From Chiloscyllium plagiosum (lineage: Eukaryota), in NCBI RefSeq assembly GCF_004010195.1, contig NC_057752.1, positions 11,660,273 through 11,703,442 of the forward strand: a stretch of 43,170 bases of DNA, read 5' to 3'. The position numbers and the translations under genes were made by a program. Shown here piece by piece: positions 35,490-43,170 of the stretch. Under the pieces are notes generated by a model. That model ran no database searches. It was not told where the DNA came from and saw only the letters and a program-made list of their open reading frames with translations. Positions within the stretch are counted from its first letter, which is position 1; each line of letters opens with the position of its first letter.

Positions 35490-35978
35490 ATCATAGAATC
35501 CCTACGGTGTGGAAACAGGCCATTTGGCCCAATAAGTCCAAACCAACCCTCCGAAGAGTAACCCAGCCAGACCCAATCCCCTACCCTATTATTCTACATT
35601 TACACTTGAACAATGCACCTAACTGACACATCCATGGACACTGGACAACTTAGCATGGCCAATCCACCCTAACCTGCACATCCCTGGACACTATGGGACA
35701 ATTTAACATGGCCAATCCACCCTAACCTGCACATCCCTGGGCACTATGGGACAATTTAGCTGTCCAATCCACCCTAACCTGCACATCCCTGGGCACTTTG
35801 GGCAATTTAGCACGGCCAGTCCACCCTAACCTGCACATCTTTGGATTGTGGGAGAGAACCGGAGGAAACCCCGCAGACACGGGGAGAATGTGCTAACTTC
35901 ACACAGACAGTCACCCAAGGCTGGAATCGAACCCAGCTCCCTGGTGCTGAGGCAGCAGTGCTAACCACTGAGCCGCCC
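35490..35978 (-). mobile_element. HE1/V-SINE-type SINE with an internal ~52 bp tandem expansion (~4 copies, 35625-35840)
   Basis: Reverse box A/B at 35920-35975; repeated ccaatccaccctaacctgcacatccctggacactatgggacaatttag. Confidence 0.88.
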
Positions 35979-36329
35979 ACTACTAGTTCCACTTTTATCT
36001 TTATGGGATGGCCCCGAACGCTCATCATCCGTTTGAGTGTCTCCCATTGCTGTAGTGTGGGTTTTCCTGCAAGTCACTGTTCCCAGTCCACTTTGGCCAG
36101 ATCCTGTCTTTTTTTTAAAAAAAAGCCAAAGTTGATGCTGGAAATCAGAAACAGAAATTACTGGAGAAACTTAAGTCTGGCAGCATTTGTGGAGAGAAAC
36201 AGAGTTAACATTTTGTGTTCAAGACCTTTCTTCAGAAGTGTTTCTAGCTTGGAAAACAAGGTGTTAGGAGGCTCTTTCAGCTTCATCTCCACCTATCATT
36301 ATACCCCCCCTCCGCATCTTCAACATAGA

Positions 36330-38215
36330 GGATTGTTGAAGAGGCTTACTAGAAAGGAGCTCAAAGGGACTTAGGAGAGCCAGGAGGGGGCACGAAAAAG
36401 GCTCGGCAGGAAGGATTAGGGAGAAGCCAAAGGCATTTTACTCATACGTGAGGAATAAGAGAATGACCAGGGAGAAGGTAGGGCCGATCAGGGATAGCGG
36501 AGGGAACTTGTGCTTTGAGTCTGAGCAGATAGGGGAAGCCCTAAATTAGTTTTTTTGCTTCGGTTTTCATTAAGGAAAGGGACAGTGTTGCGAATGAGAA
36601 CTTTGAGGAGCTGGGAAACAGGCTTGAACAGATCACAATTGATGAAGTTGTGCTGGAAATTTTGGAAAACTTTAAGATTGATAAATCCCCAGGGCCAGAC
36701 TAGATTTATCCTAGGTTGCTCCGGGAAGCAAGAAAGGAGGTTGCCAAGCTGCTGGTGAAGATATTTGCTTCCTCACTCTCCACGGGAGTCGTACAGGAGG
36801 ATTGGAGGGAGGCGAATGTTGTTCCTCTTTTCAAGATGAGGAATAGGGAAATCCCTGGCAATTACAGACCAGTCAGTCTTATGTCTGTGGTCAGCAAGGT
36901 TTTTGAAAGAATTCTGTGGATTAGGATTTATGACTGTTTGGAAAAGCATAGTGTGATTAAAGGCAGTCAGCATGGCTTTGAGAGGGGCAGGTCATGTCTC
37001 ACAAATCTTATTGAGTTCTTTGAAGTGATGAGACAGGTTGACAAAGGTCAAGCAGTGGATGTGGTGTATATGGACTTCAGCAAGGCATTTGGTAAGGTTC
37101 CCCACAGTAGGCTCATTCACAAAGTCAGGAGGTATGGAATACAGGGAGATTTGACTCTGGATTCAGAATTGGTTGGCTGACAGAAGGCAGAGAGTGGGTG
37201 TAGATGGAAAGTATTCTGCCTGGAGGTCATTGGTGAGTGGTGTCCTGCAGGGCTCTGTTCTTGGACCTCTGCTCTTTGTAGTTTTTATAAATGACTTGGA
37301 TGAGGAGGTTGAGAGGTGGGTTAGTAAATTTGCCGATGATACAAAGGTTGGAGGTGTGATTGATAGTATCAAGGGTTATTGCGGGCTGCAGTACGACATA
37401 GACAGGATGCAGAGCTGGGCTGAGAAATGGCAGATGGAGTTCAACCTGGATAAATGCGAAGTGATGCATTTTGGAAGGTTGAACTTGAATGCTGAATATA
37501 GGATTAAAGACAGGATTCTTGGCAGTGTGGAGGAACAGAGGGATCTTCGTATTCAAGTGCATAGATCTCTCAAGTGCCACCCAAGTGGATAGGGTTGTTA
37601 AGAAAGCGTATGGTATTTTGGCTTTCGTTAACAGGGGGATCAAGTTTAAGAGCCACGAGGATTTGCTGCAGTTCTACAAGACCCTGGTGCGACCACACTT
37701 GGAATATTGTGTCCAGTTCTGGTCGCCCTATTATAAGATACAGAGGCTTTGGAGAGGGTGCAAAGAGACGCTGCCTGGACTGGAGGGCTTGTCTTACACA
37801 GAGAGGTTGACTAAGCTCAGACTCCTCTCTCTGGAGAGGAGGAGGACGAGAGGTGACCTGATCGAGGTACACATGGTATTGAGGGGCATGGATAGAGTCA
37901 ATAGCCAGAGACTTTTCCCCAGGGCAGGATTGACTGGCACGAGGGGTTGTAGTTTTAAGATATTAGGAGGAAGGTATAGAGGAGACGTCAGAGGTAGGTT
38001 CTTTATGCAGAGAGTTGAGTGCATGGAATACATTGCCAGCGGTGGTGGTGGAAGCAGAGTCATTGGGGACATTTAAGTGACTGCTGGACATGCACATGGA
38101 TAGCAGTGAGTTGAGGGGTGTGTAGGTTAGGTTATTTTATTTTAGGTTAGGAATAATCCTCGGCACAACATCATGGGCCAAAGGGCATGTTCTGTGCTGT
38201 ACATTTCTATGTTCT
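36330..38215 (+). mobile_element. CR1 LINE ORF2 (linker, RT, C-terminus) and tail, frameshifted
   Basis: PGNYRPVSLMSVV, GRSCLTNLIEFF, YMDFSKAF, GVLQGSVLGPLLF, SKFADDTKVGG, RPHLEYCVQFWSP. Confidence 0.93.
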
Positions 38216-38219
38216 GTGT

Positions 38220-38790
38220 GCGATATATACCGACTGCGATGAAATGTTGACTGGGCGACTGCATTGCGGAATACTTGCGTTCTGTCCACAAAAATGTCCC
38301 TGAGCTTCCACTTCAACACCCCACTGTGTTCCCTGGCCAACATCTCCGTCTCAGACTTGCTGCGGTGCTCAAGTGATGCTCAGTGCAAACTGCAAGAAAG
38401 CACCTCATTTTCCATATGGGAACCCTGCAGCCTTTGGGACTTGATATCAAGTTCAATAATTTTACGGCCTGAACACATCCTCTCCCATGTCCTTACTCCA
38501 ACCCCTGCACACCAGGCCTTGTCATCACCTGGGCTGCTACCACAACAACCCATTGTCACCTACTAATGGTCCCCATAAGCAGCTATTGATTTTCTCAGAG
38601 CTACCTTTATCCATTCCTTTGTCCAACTGTCGTTTTCTCTCTAGGCTTCATCTCTACCAATTATTTACTCCTTACCCTCACCCGTCCCATCCTGAAGAAA
38701 GGTCACTGGACTCAAATCGTTAATTCTGCTTTCTTTCCACAGATGTTGCTAGACCTGCTGGTTTTTTTCCCAGTGGTTTCTGGCTTATTA
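38220..38790 (+). mobile_element. Penelope-like element GIY-YIG endonuclease remnant and 3' end
   Basis: HFNTPLCSLANISVSDLLRCSSDAQCKL..HLIF..GTLQP.GL.IKFNNF-like translation; terminal ctgaagaaaggtcactggactc motif. Confidence 0.75.
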
Positions 38791-40620
38791 AAATAAGCCA
38801 CAATTTAAACTTTTATTTCTGGTCCATCTTTGTTCCTATGCATAATTACCTTGAACTTATCGAATTATGGTCAGTATCACCGAGTGTTTCCTACTGCCAT
38901 ATCGACCACTTGCTTCTTGTCTCCAAAAATGATCTCCCCCCCCCCCCCCCCCACGCCCGTGGGACTTTGTATATGTTGACTTATAAACCTCATATTCCAT
39001 ATATTATGTTTCCTCTTTTTTAAAGTTTTTTTTGTGGTCTTCCTTTGCATGATGCCAAAATCCTCCTAGTTCTCAGGTATATCGTTTAACAACGTTGTGG
39101 GCCTTTTCCTTTGGTCTAATACAATTCTTGACTCCTTTTACTAGCAGCAGTCGGAACACTTTTGGTTGCTGAGTTTTTGTGCATAAGGGATTGTTTTTTG
39201 TTGTAATCTCTGTTTTAGTTCATTAAACCTTTGCTGTTGCTTGTCTACTGTCATATCTTTTAATGTAATTTCCCAATTCACCAAGTCCAATTTGCTCCTT
39301 ATAGCTTTATAATTTTTGTTTAGATTAGATACCCTACAGTGTTCTTTGTTGATTTAAGGCCCTAATTTGTAATGGAACTATGTCACTTTCACACTTCACA
39401 GAAAATACTGTTTATATTATGGTTACTCTTTCTTCAAGACACCTTTACAACAATATTATGAATTTAGCCTTTTTCATTGCACAATGCTAGCTCTAAAATG
39501 GGCTGTTTCCTAGTTGGTTCCTCAGTATACTGCTCCAGAAAACCATCTCCCTTACACTCGAATAATTCATACTCCACTCATTAGTGTGAATTAGACTTAC
39601 CCAATTTATATGCATATTGAAATCTCCCATGATTTGGTGTTCTCCTTGTTACACATATAATTTTCTAATTTATACTGTGGATTACGTGATCACTGGTGTT
39701 TGCTGACCTATAAACAACACCCACCACAGATGTCTGCCCCCTGTTGTTTCTTAGTTCCTTTCAAACTGATCCTATTTCGTAAACTTTAAAAGTAAGGTCA
39801 TCTCTGACTTTGGTACTAATGATGAGCAGATGCCGGTGTTGGACTGAGGAGTACAAAGTTAAAAATCACACAACTCCAGGTTATAGTCCAACAGGTTTAA
39901 TTGGAAGCACTAGCTTTTGGAGCACTGCTCCTTCATCAGGTGACTAGCTACCAGACGAAGGAACAGCACTCCAAAAGCTAGTACTTCCAAATAAACCTGT
40001 TGGACTATAACTTGGTGTTGTGAAATTTTTAACTATTAATGTTATGTTTAACTAACAGCACCACTGCCACCACCTTTCTCCCAGCCTCCCGTCCTTCCTG
40101 AGTATGATGTACGTTTTCCCCAACAGTTTGTCAGCCACACATTCATCTCTGTAAGATTATTTATCCACTACCCATTTGCATGTGGCTCTGGTAATAACCT
40201 GGAAGTTCTGCTTTTAATTTAGTACCTATGCTGCATACCACCACCCCAGCCCCCCAAAAAAGCGGATATTCCGTAATTGGCACTAGCCAGACAACACCAC
40301 AGCTCTCTGGATTCTACTTCTCTCCCAGCTTATCTGGAAAGAAAGCAGAGTTAATGTTTCCGATACAGTGACCCTTCATCAGGACTTCTCAATCCCTTTC
40401 CCTGCTTGACTTGTAGTCATACCCTTCTGTCCTTAGCACTGACCAAATCAGATGACAGCCTTCTGGGACAGAGTGTTTTGGTAACTTTGTTGTTATCTGA
40501 TGCCGACAGCTCAGTCTCCAGCTCTAAAGCTTTGAGCTCAAGCTCCTCAAGCTACAGACACTTCCTGCAGTTGCGATTGCAGTAGTATTCATGAGTTCCT
40601 GTATGCTGCAGCCATGACAC
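38790..40620 (-). mobile_element. Old degraded CR1 5' portion (ORF1 remnant and endonuclease)
   Basis: The reverse strand resembles the CR1 endonuclease (ttgaaatctcccatgat = MGDFN on the minus strand); zinc finger/zipper remnant near 40510-40610. Confidence 0.55.
39825..40035. mobile_element. Inverted (head-to-head) pair of Penelope pLTR fragments
   Basis: 39825-39942 is the reverse complement of the 15415-type repeat; 39950-40035 is a forward copy. Confidence 0.8.
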
Positions 40621-40859
40621 ACTGTCCTGTAATCTTTGTGTTAATTTAAAAAATGCTTTCAATTAATTTAGTTATATAATATAGTCCTTGCCTAAGAAAC
40701 TTAACTGTCCAGACCAATCAAGTCCCACTGAACTTATTTATTCCTATCTTAACTCTACTCCACCTCCCCACCCCCCACCTCCGCTGTTTAGTTACTTTCC
40801 ACTAACATATGTGATTATTTTCACACTTTGCGTCGGTTGCACAATTTCAAGTTTTCTGG

Positions 40860-42520
40860 TCCAAACTGAATCCTCTTCACCATGGATGTGAAATTCCTCT
40901 ACACACCCATTGCCCACCACTTCCTTGAAAAGAGGCCTGAACAGTCTCCATCCATTACTACTCTCCTTTGTCTGGCCATGCTCATTCTCACTTTGAACAA
41001 CTTCCCTTTTAACTCATCCTGTTTTCTCCAAGTCCAGGGTGTAGCCAAGGGTACATGGTTCCCAGCTATGCCCGTCTCTTTGTGGAGTATACAGAACATG
41101 CCTCATTCCAATCCTACTTGGTCCTGCAGCCACAACTCTTTCTCCAATACATGGACAATGATGCTGTGCCCTGCTCTCATGTGGAATAGGAAAAATTAAT
41201 CTGTTTTGCTTCCAATTTCTATCCTCCTCTCCTTCACCTTCTCCATCTCTGACTCTTCCTTCCTTGACTTCGCTGTTTTCATTTTTTTGAGGATAAGCTA
41301 ACCACTGAAAACCTATCACCTCTTACAGTTACCTTGACAATCTATCCTCACACCCTGCTTCCTGCAAGAATTCCATTTCATTCTCCCAATTTTTCAGTTG
41401 CATCTGTTCTGATGATGTTATCTTTCGATGGCCTGCCTCCAACAGGACCTCCTTTTCCTCAACTGAGGACCCCACTCCCACTGTGGTTGACAGGGTCTTA
41501 AGCTGTATCCAACCCATCTCCTGCACTTCTGCCCTCACCCTTTTCCCCTCCTTCCCAGAACAAGGATATGCCTCCCCTTGTCCTTAGTTTCCACCCTTCT
41601 AGTCTCTACGCTAAAAGGGTCATCCGCTGTCCTTCCACCTCCAGCAGGATGCTAGTACCAAACACATCTCCCTTCCCCTCAACAGTCAGCATTCTGCAGA
41701 GGCAGTTCCCTCCCTCACACTCGGGTCTACTCCTAATACATTCACCTAGCACCTTTCCATGCAATTGCAAAAGATGTAACTTGCCCTTTTTCCTCCTCCC
41801 TCCTCACTGTCCAAAGCCCCAAACACATCTTCCAGGTGAAGCACAGTTTTACTTTTACTTCTTTTAATCTAGTCTGGATTTGCAGGTTCTCAATGTAATC
41901 ACCTTTACATTGGCAAGACCAAATGCAGATTGGGTTACTGTATTGCAGGACATCTCTGCTGTCTCTGTAAGACTCTGACCTTCCAGTTGCTTGGCGTTTC
42001 AATAAATCGCCTTGCTCTCAGGCTAACATTTCTGTCCTGGGCTTGCTGCAATGTTCCAATGAAGCACAATGCAAACTCAAGGAACAACACCTTACATTTT
42101 TTAACTTAAACACTTCACAGCTTCAATCTCAATATTGAATTCCATAACTTAAGAAACTGAGTGTATTATGTCTGTTCTCCATTTTTCTAGCATTCTCATC
42201 CCCTCCACCCAATACGCACACGCACACACACAGCTGTGCCTTGTTACTTTGCTCTTGGTAGAAAGCTCCCATTCTCTCTCTCTGACACGTTAACTCTAAT
42301 CCATTTTAGTTCCACTTTTCTCTTTCACCACTGTTAACAGAGTCTTTGTCTTTTGAGTTGGGACTCTACACAAGGCCTCTGTCAAAAGTATTTTCCAAAA
42401 TCTGTTTTCCAACACATTTCCGTTCTGAAGAAAAGTCATACTGGATTGGAAGCATTAGTTCCTGTCTTCACAGATGCTGCCAGACATGCTGAGTTTCTCT
42501 AGCATTCTGTGTTTGTTTCA
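40860..42520 (+). mobile_element. Penelope-like element RT and GIY-YIG remnant with 3' end
   Basis: LFTMDVKFLYTPIAH, LTLNNFPFNSSCFLQVQGVAKGT, PLVLSFHP, LYIGKTKCRLG (~41905); terminal ctgaagaaaagtca motif. Confidence 0.82.
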
Positions 42521-42934
42521 CACAACTCTTGGCTTCATAAGCAGTGCAGACAAATCCCTGAGTAAAAGCAAAATACTGTGGATGCAAGAAATCTGAAACA
42601 AAACACTGGAGGCAATGGCTAACTTCCAAATTGCCAACAGGGAATTTTCCAATAATGAATTTAGGAGTGTGTGTCTGTGAGAGAGAGAAATTACGAACAT
42701 TGTGGTAATAGTCAGGGTAGCAGAAAGTCCCCCTTAGATATTGAGTGTGTGAAAGAAATCATGTGGTAATAGCTTCATAAAATCCAAGAGAAACATCCAA
42801 GTTGTAAATTCTCATCTGCTGTGGCAAGGGCAGTCCAGGTGAAGAACTCACTGAAAGTAGTGTTTTTGGGGAAATGGGGGGTCTACACTCCTATATCAAT
42901 ATGTTTTTGGGAAAAATCGAAACATTCCTTCACT

Positions 42935-43170
42935 TAGAGTCATAGAGATGTACAGCATGGAAACAGACTCTTCGGTCCAACTTGTCCATGCCGACCAGAT
43001 ATCCCAACCCAATCTAGTCCCACCTGCCAGCACCTGCCCCATATCCCTCCAAACCCTTCCTATTCATATACCCATCAAATGCCTCTTAAATGTTGCAATT
43101 GTACCAGCCTCCACCACATCCTCTGGCAGCTCATTCCATACACTTACCACCCTCTGCGTGAAAAAGTTGC
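42935..43170 (-). mobile_element. CR1 LINE 3' end running off the window
   Basis: Reverse tail tagagtcatagagatgtacagc, followed by sequence complementary to the CR1 3' ends at 23330-23550. Confidence 0.85.

Noticed and set aside
33212..43170. SMARCC2 exon 2
   Set aside because: No YIQAEPPTNK-like coding stretch found by eye; the region is accounted for by repeats, so exon 2 is outside the window or lost.

Overview
Repeat-dense vertebrate DNA that looks like a cartilaginous fish (shark) genome. This is inferred from the CR1 LINE, HE1-type SINE and Penelope repertoire, the 5S variant and the GPCR family. Host genes: (1) an intact two-exon orphan class A GPCR of the GPR139/GPR142-like type (20863-20929 joined to 28050-28963, 326 aa); (2) two pseudogene remnants of that family (2301-2662, 3672-4145), one inside a ~2.6 kb segmental duplication; (3) a solitary 5S rRNA gene with spacer, flanked by CR1 copies (13603-13722); (4) the first coding exon of SMARCC2/BAF170 (33101-33211). 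Mobile DNA: many decayed CR1 LINEs, a Tx1-like L1 3' end, a Gmr1-type Gypsy remnant with integrase upstream of RT, tRNA-derived SINEs, a probable MITE and Penelope-like elements. The least obvious signal is a set of Penelope-borne minimal hammerhead ribozyme motifs. The one copy with an intact core and helix II lies on the sense strand ~180 nt upstream of the SMARCC2 start codon, in an upstream region made almost wholly of retroelement sequence. Family assignments come from recognised motifs, not database searches, and repeat boundaries are approximate.
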